A stretch of DNA of 64,000 nt from Cetorhinus maximus (lineage: Eukaryota): positions 1 to 64,000 of the forward strand of contig NW_027597768.1 of NCBI RefSeq assembly GCF_964194155.1, given 5' to 3'. Position numbers and translations under genes: made by a program. Positions 1 to 12,480 of this stretch are shown here, piece after piece; the first letter of the stretch is position 1; each line of letters begins with the position of its first letter. The notes below the pieces were generated by a model that ran no database searches, was not told where the DNA came from, and saw only the letters and a program-made list of their open reading frames with translations.

Positions 1-40
1 CCCCTCCCCCCCCCTCCCTCCCCTCCTCCCCCCTCCTCCC
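1..40. repeat. C-rich low-complexity (CCCT)n tract
   Basis: Directly visible ccctc repeats. Confidence 0.85.
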
Positions 41-230
41 TATTTTTAAGCCTAGTTCTAGATTCCCTATCAGAGGAAAACATCCTTCAGCATCCACCCT
101 GTCAAGCACCCTCAGAATCTTACATGTTTCAGTAAGATCACCTCTCGTTCTTCAAAACTCCAATGAGTATGGGCCCAATGTGCTCAACGTTTCCTCATAA
201 AATAAACCCCCTAATCGCAGGAATCAGCTG
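41..230 (-). mobile_element. CR1 LINE ORF2 3' fragment
   Basis: Similar to the CR1 copies at 13730-13920 and 52640-52830 (catccaccctgtcaagc...agatcacctctc). Confidence 0.75.
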
Positions 231-289
231 AGAGAAGCTGAACTGCTTCCAATGCAAATCTGTCCCTGCTTAACTAATCCTGGACCAGG

Positions 290-420
290 CAGCAGGAGGA
301 GAGAATGTTGTGAACTTGTGTCCTGGACTGACAGGGATGGATTTTGGAAACTCCTTTTACAGGGGGTTAGAAGGACAGGATTTACACACAGCAAACTCAA
401 ACCAACAGAAAAGCTGTCTC
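290..420 (+). other. Orphan copy of the ZNF-cassette intron end, splice acceptor and exon start, with no fingers following
   Basis: ctggactgacagggatggattttggaaactccttttacAG|ggggttagaagg...gatttacacacagcaaactcaaacc matches acceptors at 54042 and 63148 and the reverse of 20090-20185. Confidence 0.65.
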
Positions 421-959
421 CACTGAAATTCAAACCTTGACTGAATATTATGACATTTATAATCTCCTGTGCAGCAAGTTAGAAAATGTGAAGATTACCA
501 GATTTTTCTCTGACTCCAGTGTTTCTGATATCTTTCCAGCTGCAGACTCCAGCAGGAGATTTTAAATTTGGAAACAGTGAAATTGTTTCAGAGGTGAGTA
601 TTATTGAGCATTCATCTACCATTTAGATCTCTTAGTGCTGTGTTCTGATTCCATAGCTTTGGGGCTGGTGTGGATCCTTTACTGTGGATCTGAATTGCTG
701 TTTCACCCCTGCCCTCGCCAATCACCTCTCTGTCACTCTGCCATTGTCTAACTTCCCCTGCCTCTAATAATGGGTATATTTTAACCATATTTGGTATTTT
801 ACTGTTATTTCTGCCAACCGTGTCTACATGAGGTTTTCACTGCTGCCCAACTCTTGTCTATACACCGCTGATCTACCAGCTTTATCTTCCCTTGGTCAGG
901 AATTGTCTTTCCTGTATTTCTCTCCCACTTCTGAGCTTATATTAACTGTCAAATTCTGC

Positions 960-1110
960 TTCATTTGTATTCACTGTAATTCATTCTTTACACCCTGAAA
1001 CATTGACTGCTTTCCCCTCTCCACAGTTACTGCCTGATCTGCTGAATATTTTGAGCATTTGTTCTTGATATTTCATATTTCTAGTAGCTGCAGTATTTTG
1101 TTATTATGTT
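960..1110 (+). mobile_element. Decayed Penelope-like terminal fragment
   Basis: gaaacattgactg...ctctccacag...ctgctgaatattttgagcattt...gcagtattttg resembles the Penelope end at 30160-30300 (reverse). Confidence 0.55.
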
Positions 1111-1839
1111 ATTTCAGACATCGCTCACAGAACTGAGTCTAGAAATGCAGACGGACCGATTAAGAGCTGGTTTCTATCTCTCAGGGTGTGTGTTGGTTGC
1201 AGCAGTTGGTCTCTAGCCTCCAGTGTTGGTCCTTTTTCATCAAGTCATAGAATCATTGAATGATGACAATACAGATGGAGGCTATTTAACCTGTCATGCC
1301 CATGCAAGAGCAAATCAACTAGTCGCAGTCTGCTGCATTTTCCTCATAGCTGAGGAATTTTTTTTCTCTTCATGGCCTTATCCAATTGAAAGCCTTTGTT
1401 GCATCAGTTTGAGCTGGAGTGGAGATGGAGGAGAAGCTGCTGGGTTTAACCCCAAGGACTTTGGAACCCAGTCGGACCCAGCAATTTCCATTGTGAAATT
1501 GTCGAGAGAGGTAGATTCCAGGAGAGATCAGGTTGCTAAACAGACACTGTCCATACAATGTAAAGGGATATTGTTTTAGGAGCAAATATTTATGTAGATG
1601 CTTTTAATCTATTTTACAAAAACATATTTAAAAATTTATTCTTGGGATTTGGGTGTCATTAACAAGACCTGTAGCATATATTGCCAAACCCCAGTTACCT
1701 GTGGGGAAGATGATGTTTGACCTTCTTGAACCGCTGCAGTCTGTGTGGTGAAGATGCTCCCACAATGATGCTAGGTAAGATGTTACAGATTATTCACCCA
1801 GCAATGGTGAAGGAATGGTGATATATGTCCAAATCAGCA

Positions 1840-2900
1840 ACAATAATTTGTATTTATATAGCACCTTTAATGTATTAAATGTTCCAAGGCATTTCACGGA
1901 AATGTTATGAAGCAACATTTGACACCAAGCCTCACAAGGAGATATGAGGGCAGGTGAACAAAAGCTTGGTCAGAGAGGTAGGTTTTAAGGATTATCCTAA
2001 CATAGGAAAGCGAAGTAGTGAGCAGGAGAGATTTAATGAGGAACATCCAGAAGGAACTGCAAGAACAGCCACTGATGGTAGAATGATCCATATTGACCGG
2101 AATTAGAAGAGAGCAGATATCTTGGAGGGTTGTGTGTTTGGAGGAGATTACAGAGATAGGGAGGGGCACGACCAGGGAGGATAACAAGGATGAGAATTTT
2201 CAAATTTAGCTGCTTCTTAAATGGGAGCCTTTGTAGGTCAGTGAGCACAGGGAGGATGGGCGTCTTGGTGTGATTAGGCACACGGGCAGCAGAGTCTGGA
2301 ACAACCTCAATATCACTGGGAAGTTGAATGTGAGAGGCCGGCAACAGTGCAGTAAGTCCAGAAATAACAGAAATAGGGATGATCACAGCCACAGAAGGAT
2401 TTGAAAACAAGGACGACAGTTTTAAAATTTCAGTGCTTATTAAGCAGGAGCCTTTATAGGTCAGTGAGCACAGGGTGGTGGGTGAAAAAAACTTACTGCA
2501 AGTAAACACACGGGCAGCAGAGTGTTGTATCACCTCAAGATTACAAAGAGGGTGAATGTGGGGGGCCAGCCTGGGGTGTGTTAGGATTGTTAAGTCTTGA
2601 GGAAATAAAACAATGGATGAGTGTTTCAGAAGCAAATGATCTGAGACGAGGGTGGAGTCGGGCAATGTTACTGAGGTGGAAATTGGTGGTCTTGATGATG
2701 ATGTGGATATGTGGTCAGAAGCTCATCTCAGGGTCAAACACTACACCAAAGTTGTGAACAGTCTGGTTCTGCCTCAGACAGTTTCCGGGGAGAGGGATGG
2801 AGTTGGTGGTTAGGGAGTGGAGTTTGTAGCAGGGACTGAGGACAATGGCTTTGGTCTTCCCGATATTTAAATGGGAGGAAATTTCTGCTAATTCGATCAG
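1840..2900 (-). mobile_element. L2 LINE ORF2 3' part and tail, with internal tandem duplication (~2180-2310 vs ~2390-2540)
   Basis: ORFs 2033..2665 and 2715..2951 give L2-like IQHSAARV / PILPVLTDLQRLPFKKQLNLKILIL / LNIGKTKAIV...VHNFGVVFDPEMSF. Confidence 0.8.
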
Positions 2901-3428
2901 GGTGCTGTGTGACTTGGAGGGGATCTTGAAGTTGATGGTGTTCACATACACCTGCCACCCTGGTCTTTCTGGTTGATGCAGGTTGAGGTTTTTGGAATTT
3001 TTGTCAAAGTTCTGGCCAAGTTGTAGACATATAAAATCCCTCTCCTTCAGCCCCTGCCTCTCTTGCCCCTCTCACGCTCTGTCCTCCTGTGGACACTAGA
3101 GTCTTGTGAGACCCAGACCGGGTGGCAGGTTCACTTCCCTGAAGGACATTAGTGAATCAGTTGGTTTTTTACGACATTCCAGTAGTTTTCATGGCCACTT
3201 TTCCCTGGTGTCAGCCGCACAAATTACCGGATTCATTCAGCTCAATTTCACAATCTGCCTTTGTGTTTTACTGGTTTCACTCTCACTCCCTTTTTATCTG
3301 TTTTAAATCAATTTCACAGGATATTAGAAGTGGAGGATTTGCAGTTGGGAAACTCAAACCAAACATCACATCAGGATCTGACGGAGTCGTCCAATTTATT
3401 GTAACCCGAATATCATCGGATTTTAAAC

Positions 3429-4301
3429 ATGGAAGGAAAAAGTACCATCCACAATAGAGAGAAACCATGGAAATGTGAGGACTGTGGGAAGGGATTCAGT
3501 TACCAGTCTAAGCTGGAAACTCATCGACGCGCTCACACTGGGGAGCGGCCGTTCACCTGCTCTGAATGTGGGAAGGGATTCACTCAGTCGTCCACGCTGC
3601 TGACACACCAGCGAGTTCACACTGGGGAGAGGCCGTTCACCTGCTCCAAGTGTGGGAAGGGATTCATTAATTTAACCAACTTGCTGACACACCATCGAGT
3701 TCACACTGGGGAGAGGTTGTTCAGCTGCTCTGAATGTGAGAAGCGATTCACTCGGTCAGCTGACCTGCTGACACACCAGCGAGTTCACACTGCGGAGAGG
3801 CCATTCACCTGTTCTGAATGTGGGAAGGGATTCACTCTGTCATCTGACCTGCTGACACACCGACGAATTCACACCGGGGAGAGGCCATTCACCTGCTGCA
3901 TGTGTGGGAAGGGATTCACAAGATCATCCCATCTACTGAGACACCAGCAAGTTCACACTGATGAGAGACCTTTTAAATGCTCGGACTGTGACAAGTGCTA
4001 TAAAAGTTCTGAGGACCTGATGTCCCATCGACGTGCTCACACTGATGAGAGACCATTCAGGTGTTCTCACTGTGGGACTGGGTTCAGGCGATCATCTGAC
4101 CTCATTGCACACCAGCGCATTCATACTGGGGAGAGGCCTTTCATCTGCTCAAAGTGTGGGAAGGGATTCACTCAGTCATCCAACCTGCTGAGACACCAGC
4201 AAGTTCACAATGGGAAGAGACCATTCACCTTGTCCTTGTGTGGAAAGGGATTCACTCAGACAGCCACCTTTCTAACATCCCATCGAGTTCTCACTGAGTG
4301 A
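3429..4301 (+). CDS. Tandem C2H2 zinc-finger protein, 9 intact fingers plus 1 degenerate (class A, MEGK start); decayed fingers continue to ~4607
   Basis: 290-aa ORF with C-x2-C...H-x3-H and TGERP linkers; acceptor ttcacAG at 3319; family 3'UTR with AATAAA ~4732. Confidence 0.85.
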   Translation: MEGKSTIHNREKPWKCEDCGKGFSYQSKLETHRRAHTGERPFTCSECGKGFTQSSTLLTHQRVHTGERPFTCSKCGKGFINLTNLLTHHRVHTGERLFSCSECEKRFTRSADLLTHQRVHTAERPFTCSECGKGFTLSSDLLTHRRIHTGERPFTCCMCGKGFTRSSHLLRHQQVHTDERPFKCSDCDKCYKSSEDLMSHRRAHTDERPFRCSHCGTGFRRSSDLIAHQRIHTGERPFICSKCGKGFTQSSNLLRHQQVHNGKRPFTLSLCGKGFTQTATFLTSHRVLTE

Positions 4302-4819
4302 CAGAAGGGATTCACTCAGCCATCCTATTCGCTGAAACAACAGCAAGTTCACAGTGTGGAGGGACATTTAAATGCCCATATCATGGGAAATCCTACAAAG
4401 GTTCCCGCAAGTGATATCCAATCAAAATGTTCACATCGCCAGGAACTGTTCAGGTGCTCTCACTTTAGAACTGGGTTTAGGATTTCATCTCAACTCACTG
4501 TACACCATAAACTAGTGAGTTCATAGTGGGGAAAGGCCGTTCACCTGCTGTGGGAAAGGATTTTCTCACTTATCCCACCTGCTAGTCACTAGTGACTTCA
4601 CAAGTAACTACAGAAATTGAATTTTGCTGTTAATCACATCCAGGACTGAACCATGTTCATTGAGATCTGTTGGTGCTGATGTTCATCAACACCAGCCCTG
4701 TTATGGGTGTTAATATTGAGGATAAATGTCAAATAAATCAGCACTACATTACATAGAGTATCAATTATTTTTAATATCTCTAACTCACGTTAGTTCCTTT
4801 TGAAGGTTTGTCCCTCTCC

Positions 4820-5560
4820 CCTGTCTCCTCCATCCTCAGCACCAACAACAAGTATGAGGAGCTCATTGAGCTTCTTTGTCACTAAGATTGAGACAGTCTG
4901 ATCAATTGCCTCTGCTGCTTCTCTCCCTCCCACTATCCCACTGGGCCATACTGCCTCTAAAGTTCTCCCTTTTCCGAGTCCTGAACCTTCATATTTCTCT
5001 AGTTTCCCTCCCATTTCCTCTCATGCCCCCCCAGGGATCATCTTGTCCATGAGACCTATTTCTGCTCCATCAACCCTATTCCCTCAAAATTCCTGACCAC
5101 CCAACTTCCCCATGTATACTGACTTTCTTAATGGTTCTCTCTTTAAATACTGCCCCTCTTTCCTTCATATCTGCCATCATCACCCCCTCCTCAATAAAAA
5201 CAATCCTTCACCTCAGCCGTTGTAAACTACTGCCCCTTCGCACCACCCTTTCCTCTTCAAGGTCTTTCTTACCTCCCAAATCCATGCCCCTCTTTCCTAC
5301 AACTCAATCTTTGAATCCCTCCAATAAGATTTCTGTCTCTGCCATAGTATCCAAACAACCCTAATTGAAGTCACAAATTACATCTTATTTGAGTGTGACA
5401 AAGGTAAACTACCCATCATTGTCCTTCCTGGCCTGCCTGCAGTCTCTAACATCATTGATCAAACCATCCTCCTGCAATGTCTCAGCACTGTTATTCAGCT
5501 GGAAGGGACTGCACACTCCTGATTCCTTTCTTATCTATCTAATTGTCATCAGAGGATAAC
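4820..5560 (+). mobile_element. L2 LINE ORF2 fragment
   Basis: FFVTKIET-like motif and degenerate RT N-terminal region; homologous inverted piece at 7380-7590. Confidence 0.65.
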
Positions 5561-6035
5561 CTGTAGAAACTGTGATTGTTTGAGTTATATTTTTACACAC
5601 TTGCTCACTTAGTAAGTGATCAGGTGTTAATGAACTTTGACAAAATGTTCTGTTATCACGCTCATAATGACCGCATCTTGCAAACCAAGTCTTTCTAATT
5701 ACACCAGCCCTTTTGGATAAAATCCAAAGAGAAGAGTAAAAATTTACAGTCCACCGAGCAAGCTCTTAGTCGTAAAACAAAATCTGATACTTCCCATTAA
5801 AATGCAAAGCATTATTGACCAGCTGTGGATTGCTCTGTTTCAAATTTATTGAAACAGACGCATTGCCAAGATTGGCTAACAGATCCATTGCTGGATGATG
5901 CGGATTGGGAGATGGATTTTGGCCTTTCTTATTTTGCAATCCTTATGTGATCAGAATCTCCTCCTCACTTCCCCAGATGCAGAGAAAGAAAAACTAAGAC
6001 TGGGCCTCCAAAGGTGGCCGGGTCACCCACAATCC

Positions 6036-6450
6036 CGTGCGTCTCAGAAACCGCTCTATCTGCCGCGGGTTGGCGGGCAGTTACGCGCATGCTCGAAGGG
6101 TCCTGGCCTCTTTGAGGTTGTTCCCGGAGAGAAGCCGGAAGCGGCGGATAGTGAGAGTGGAGAATGTTCATTGTTTAATATTCGGCTCTGGGGCCGCACT
6201 CGGGATTTGTAAACCCCGCCACCCCCCCCCCCCCCCCACCCCGGGGTTTATTAACCCGCTCCCGACAGTGACCTCTCACCTGACAGCTCACAATGCCCGG
6301 CTGATTGAAGGCAGCTCCGGACCAATAGGAGAGGAGGCAGGATTGGAGGACCAAATAAGGAGCGGCTGATCCTCTAACCAATCGGAGAGAACGAGGGGGC
6401 GGGCCTGAGCCTGGACCTCCCTGATTGGCTGAAATTCCGCATCATTTTGA
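6036..6450. promoter_or_regulatory. CpG-rich promoter: NRF1-like, ETS, GC box and CCAAT motifs
   Basis: acgcgcatgctc ~6083, ccggaagc ~6135, ccaat 6322 and 6378, attgg ~6424, gggcggg ~6397. Confidence 0.65.
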
Positions 6451-6779
6451 AAACTGATTTGTCTAAAATTCCAGTGCCCGGTGTAAAACATTAAAGATGA
6501 TTTGTTGTTCTGAGCTGCATTATTTGGTAGAATTAGAGTGAAGGAGTGGGATTGATCCACAGCCTGAGTCACCAGTTTGAGGACAAGAGGAGAGAGAATC
6601 TGGAGAGGAGAAAAGAATAAGTTGGAGACTGGACACTGAATCTGGAACAATGAGCAGAGAGGGAGAGGAGTGTGTGGGACAGAGATTTATAGAATTGTGG
6701 GAATGAAAGGGGGGGGTGGAATGTTCCATAGAAACTAGAATTGTCTGTTCTGAATTTCTATACTGTATTTACAGTGATA

Positions 6780-7380
6780 ACTTCTGTAAACTCCATTTAC
6801 ATGGGGTTAGAAGGGGAGGATTTGCAGGCAGGAATCTCAACAAGATCTTATGCAATCACTTCATTCATATATGGTCAGCTTCCAATTAGGAAACGAAAAA
6901 TAATTAGATAAAAGCAAAATACTGCAGTTGCTGGAAATCTGAAACAAAAACAAAAATAGATGGAAAAACTCAGCAGGTCTGACAGAATCTGTGGAGAGGA
7001 ATACAGTTAACGTTTTGAGTCTGTTTGACTTTTCTGATGAAGAGTCATACGGACTTGAAACGTTAACTGTATTCCTCTCCGTAGATGGTGTCAGACCTGC
7101 TGAGTTTTCCAGCTATTTTTGTTTTTGAAGGAGAAATAATTGTTTGTTTTGCCTGTGCATTTAAATTATCATTGAAATTGGAAAAGTACTGAGACACACG
7201 TATCAAAGTGAGAGTCTTTCAGTGAACTGTGTGTGGAAAGAGCTTTAACCAGTTTCACAGCCTGATAAAACCACAACAATCAAAGTGTGGAGAAACCACA
7301 CATAAGTTGTGTGTGGACAAGGCTTCAATCGATCATCCAACCTGGAGAGACACCAAGAAACTTGCACCATGGAGAAATCA
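6780..7380 (+). pseudogene. Truncated ZNF cassette: leader fingers up to MEK, then replaced by L2; acceptor AG mutated to AT; Penelope hairpin inserted
   Basis: CGQGFNRSSNLERHQETCTMEK followed by non-ZNF sequence; tttacAT at ~6801. Confidence 0.75.
6905..7126. mobile_element. Penelope-derived inverted-repeat hairpin with hammerhead core (7034-7066, +)
   Basis: Arms 6946-7030 and 7043-7126 are reverse complements; CTGATGA-AGAGTC-ATACG-GACTT-GAAA-CGTT. Confidence 0.75.
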
Positions 7381-7704
7381 GGTATGATAGATCAGAAAGA
7401 AACAACAGAAAGTTGCAAGTCAGGGCTAGGACAATGGAAAACTTCAGGGACAGCTGGGCCAGGTGGGCTAGTGGAAGGGAGGGAAGCAGCAGAGGCAGCT
7501 GATCGGATTGTCTCAATCTTAGTGACAAAGAAGCTCCATGAACTCCTCACATTTGTTGTTGGAGGGGAGGATGAAGGAGACAGGGGAGAGTTAAAACCCG
7601 TCAAAAGGATCTAACTTGTGTTAGAGATATTAAAAAGAGACTCAATACACTGTGTACTTAACGCAACATGATTTATTTGACTTATATCAGCAAGTTAATT
7701 GCCA

Positions 7705-8085
7705 TAATAAAAACTGGAAATGCTGGAAATGGTCAGCAGGTCTGACAGCGTCTGTGGAGAGAGAAACAGACTTAACATTTCAAGTTCACATGACTCTTTA
7801 GAGCTAAAGAGAAGTTGAAATGTGATGGAATTTATACTGTTTAAGGGGGCTGGAGCAAGTAAAGCAGGATAGGTCAGCAACAGGTGGAGGCTAAGGAGAG
7901 ATAGACAAATATGTCATGGACAAAAGACAAAGGGAGTGTTAATTGCAGTGGTGAAGACTAAAGAATGTGCTGATAGTGGCACAAAGGTAAGAAGGCAGAA
8001 TGTGTGAAGAGCAGAACAAGGGTCAGCATTCTGTGAAAGAACAACATAGAAACAAGTGACAGATGGCCTGTTGGGGGGAGGGGGA
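7705..8085 (-). mobile_element. Penelope terminal fragment inserted in ZNF 3'UTR
   Basis: Similar to 30190-30530 and 37400-37780. Confidence 0.75.
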
Positions 8086-8198
8086 GACGCCATAACTGGG
8101 CTGGAGTTTATTAACATCAGCAGAAACAGACCCCAATGAACAAAGTTTATTGTCACATAGTCTTGTATGTGGTTAACATCAAAATTCAATCACTGTTG

Positions 8199-8900
8199 TT
8201 ACTCATGAACTCGTTGGTGTTTCAGCAGGTCAGGTGACTGAGTGAATCCCTTCCCACACTTGGAGCAGATGAAAGGTCTCCCTCCAGTGTGCACTTGATG
8301 GTGTGACAGCAGGCTGGATGACTGAGTGAATCCCTTCCCACAGTCAGAGCAGGTGAACGGCCTCTCTGCAGTGTGAAGTCGCTGGTGTATCAGCAGGACG
8401 GATGAGCGAGTGAATCCCTTCCCACAACCCATGCAGGTAAACGGTCTCTCCCCAGTGTGAATTCACCGGTGCGTCAGCAGGCTGGATGACTGAGTAAATC
8501 CCTTCCCACACTCAAAGCAGGTGAATGGCCTCTCCCCAGTGTGAGTACGTCGGTGTGTCAGCAGGTGGGATTTAACTGAGAATCCCTTCCCACACTCAGA
8601 GCAGGTAAACGGCCTCTCCCCAGTGTGAACCCGCTGGTGCGTCAGCAAGTCAGATGACCGAGTAAATCCCTTCCCACACTCTGAGCAGGTGAATGGTCTC
8701 TCCCCAGTGTGAACCCGCTGGTGTGTCAGCAGGTTGGATGACTGAGTAAATCCCTTCCCACACTGGGAGCAGGTGAACGGCCTCTGCCCAGTGTGAATGC
8801 GTCGATGAATTTCCAGCAAAGACGGGGTTATGAATCCCTTTCCACAGTCCCCACATTTCCACTGTCTCTCCCCACTGTGAACGGTGTTTTTTCCTTCCAT
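8199..8900 (-). pseudogene. C2H2 ZNF (class A), 8 fingers with an in-frame TGA in finger 5 (8463-8465); could encode a 4-finger truncated protein
   Basis: ORFs 8463..8900 and 8199..8432 are in the same frame; CAC CGG TGA ATT CAC. Confidence 0.8.
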
Positions 8901-9254
8901 TTCAAAATCTGATAATATTCAGGTTACGATAAATTGGGTGACTCTGTCAGATCCTGATTTGATGTTTGATTTGAGTTTCCTGACTGAAAATCCTTCCCTT
9001 CTAATGCCCTGTGAAATGGATTTAAAATAGAAAAAAAGTGTGAGGGAGAACCCAGATAAACAGGTTGTGAAATTGAGCTGAATGAATCTGGCAATTTGTG
9101 GCACTAGCAAAAAGTGGCCATAAAAGCTGCTGGATTGTAATAAAAACCGAACTGGATCAGTAATGCCCTTCAGGAGGGAACCTGCCATGCCTGATCTGGG
9201 CCCACACAAGACTCTGGTCTCCATAAGAGGAGGCTGATAGAAAGAGAGAGAGAG

Positions 9255-10395
9255 AGAAGCACAGAATTGTTACAGTGCAGAAGGATTCCATTTGGCCCAT
9301 CATGTCTGCACTGGCTCTCCGAATGAGCATTTCATCTAGTGCCTTTCTCCTACCTTCTCCCGTAACCCTGCAGATAGTTTATTTTCAAATAATCATCTAA
9401 TTCCTTCTTGGATACTTTTATGGATACTCCAACACAATCTCAGGCAGTGCATTCCAGACCCTAACTACTTGCTGTGTGAAAAAGTTTTTTCTCATATAAT
9501 TTTTGCTTCTTTTACCAATCAGCTTAAATCTGTGTCCTCTGGTTCTCGATCCTTCTGCCAACGGGAACAGTTGCTCTCTGTCTATTCATGCTTTTCAATA
9601 CGTCTATCAAATCTCCTCTCAGCCTTCTTTTTTCCAAGGAGAACCATCCCAACTTCTCCAATCTATCTTCATAACCGAAATCTCTCATCCCTGGATCCAT
9701 TCTTGTAAACCTCCTCTGCACTCCCTCCAGTGCCTTCACATCCTTCCTGAAATGCAGTGCCCAGAATACTCCAGCTGAGGTCTAACCAGTGTAGTACACA
9801 AGCTCAGCATAACCTCCTTGCTCAAGTATTCTGTGCCCCTATTAATAAAGTCCAAGATACCATATGTGCTATTAACTAATCTCTTAAACCGTCCTGCCAC
9901 CTCTAATGATTTATGCACATAGACACCCAGGTCCCTTATGCTTCTGCACCCCCTTTGGTGTTGTACCCTTTATTTTATATTGTCTCTCCAAGATTTTCCA
10001 AACGAAATGCATCACCTCAGACTTCGCTGCATTAAATTTCATCTGCCATTATTCAGCCCTTTCCATTAACTTGTCTATGTCGTTTTGAAGTTCTATGCCA
10101 TCCTCCTCACAGTTTACAATGCTTCCAAGTTTTGTATCGTATGTAAGTTCATAATATTGCTGACTATACACCAAGGTTTAAATCATTTATCTGTCAGGAA
10201 AAACAAGGGTTCCAATACCGACCCCTCGGAAACTCCACTACAAATCTTCCTCCAGCCCGGAAAACATCCATTAACCATTACTCTTTATTTCCTGTCATTC
10301 CGCCAATTCTGTATCCATGTTGTTGCTGTCCGTTTTATTCCATGAGTTATAACTTTTCTCACAAGTCTGTTGTGTGACACTGTATCAAATGCCTG
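9255..10395 (-). mobile_element. CR1 LINE RT/3' fragments
   Basis: ALEGVQRRFTRM, LVRPQLEY, AFDTVSHNRL motifs. Confidence 0.85.
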
Positions 10396-10439
10396 GAAAG
10401 AGGTGGAGAAGCAGCAGGCGAAGTTGTTTCTAAGAGGCG

Positions 10440-10925
10440 GGACTGGAGGACTGATGAAGTCATCTAGTTCTCCCACCAATCAGAGTGCCTGTTAAGGGCG
10501 GGGTTTGCAGAACTAAGTGGGCGGGGCTGAGCGGTGAACCCCCTCTGGCTGCCTGGCCCAGTATTGCCCCTTATAAATATGGCGGCTGCACATTGCCCCC
10601 TATGAAGATGGCGACCGTGAACCCGGGGCCACCAACCGGAAATGCCGCCCCGAAGTGTGGCCAACGCATGACAAGTAGGTTCCTTTTCTGGTACTTGAGG
10701 CCTCCACTGGGTGTTTATCAAGCCTTTCCACCCATTCCGCCGCCTCCATTATCCTCCTACAATCGACTGTTACTCACCTGTTGCAGAGTCGAGATGACTC
10801 CCTCCCGGCGCCTTCAGCACCCACAATACGCATGCTCTAGCCACAACCCGGTAATGCGCCTGCGCAATGGCCTCCTGCAGTGAGTATAGGGCATATTCTC
10901 TTTCGACGCGAATGCTGGGTAAGAA
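10440..10925 (-). promoter_or_regulatory. CpG-rich promoter/first exon, likely for the ZNF at 8199-8900
   Basis: tgcgcctgcgca ~10855, acgcatgctc ~10828, reverse donor CAG|GTGAGT ~10777, YY1-like aagatggcg ~10605, ccaat ~10477. Confidence 0.65.
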
Positions 10926-11044
10926 CCCCGCCATTTAAAGGCGATATTGTTGAAATGAAAATTCCGTTTAGTGATCCAATTACGACTGGGGCCATAGGGC
11001 CAAGATATAAAATTATTAAAACAATTAGTATAGAATACTAAACT

Positions 11045-12480
11045 TAAAAGAAGTGGCTGCAGAGAGTCGATCCATCATTTATAATCCTCCAAAATTCCTC
11101 AAATTCTGGAAAGGTCCTAATGGTTTGGAAACTAGCTAATGTAATATCGTTATTCAAGAAAATATGGAGACAGAAGCAGGAATTTTCAGGGCCATTAGCC
11201 TAACATGCGTCATAGGGAAATTGCTAGAATCCATCATTAAGGAGTTTATAGCACGATACTTAGAAAATCATAACGTGATCAGGCAGAGTCAATATGGCTT
11301 TGTGACGGGAAATCATACTTAACTAATTTATTAGAGTTTTTTGAGGGAGTAACAAGCAACGTGGAAAAAGGGGGAGCCTGTAGATGCGGTGTACTTGGAT
11401 TTCCAAAAGCCATTTAATAAGGTGCCACATCAAAGCTTCCTACACAAGATTAGAGAACATGGTGTAGAAGATAAAATATTAGCATTGGCGAAGGCTGGTT
11501 AGCTAACAGGAAGCAGAGAGTAGGGATAAATGGCTCTCTTTCAGGATGGCAAGATGTGACTACTGGAGTGCCACAGGGTTCAGTGCTGGGGCCTCAACTT
11601 TTATAATCTGCATCAATGATTTGGATAAAGGGACTGAATTTATGGTTTCTATATTTGCCAATGACACCAAGATAGGTAGATCTTAAAAGAAGTGGCAGCA
11701 CAGATTGCAGATACATTGGTTATAGTCTTCCAAATTTCCTTAGGTTCTGGAAAGGTTCCCACGGATTGGAAAATAGCAAAAGCAACATTGTTATTCAAGA
11801 AAGGAAGGAGGCAGAAAGCAGGAAACGAAAGGCCAGTTAGCATAACATCTATCATAGGGAAAATGATAGAATCCATTATTGAGGAGGTTAAAGCAGGATA
11901 CTTAGATAATCAAGATTTGATCAGGTAGAACCAACATGGCTTTGTGAAAGGGAAATTGTGTTTAACTAATCTGTTAGAGTTTTTGATGAAGTAACATTCA
12001 AGGTGGATACAGGGAAACCAACAGATATGGTGTACTTGGATTTGCAGAAGGCATTTGATAAGGTGCCACATAAAAGGTTGTTGCACAATATAAAGGCACA
12101 TGGTGTAGGAGGTAACATATTAGCATAGATAAATGATTGGTTGGCTAACAGTAAGCAGAAAGCAGGGATAAATATGTCTTTTTTGGATTGGCAAGCTGTA
12201 ACTAGCGGAGTGCCACAGGGATCATTGCTGGGTCCTCAACAATTTACAATCTACATCAATGATTTGGATGAAGGGTCCGAATGTATGGTAGCTAAATTTG
12301 CTGATGACATGAATAGAGATAGGAAAAGAAGTTGTCAAGAGGAAGTCGAGAGTCTGCAAAGTTATATGGACAGGTTAAGTGCGTGGGCAAAAATTTGACA
12401 GATGGAGGATAACGTGGGAAAATGTGAACTTGTCCACTCTGGCAGGAAGAATAGAAAAACAGTCTTCAATACAAGTGGAG
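11045..12480 (+). mobile_element. Two tandem CR1 RT fragments
   Basis: VPTDWKIA, RPVSITSIIGK, SGVPQGSLLGP, KFADD motifs; equivalent region appears twice (from ~11045 and ~11680). Confidence 0.85.
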
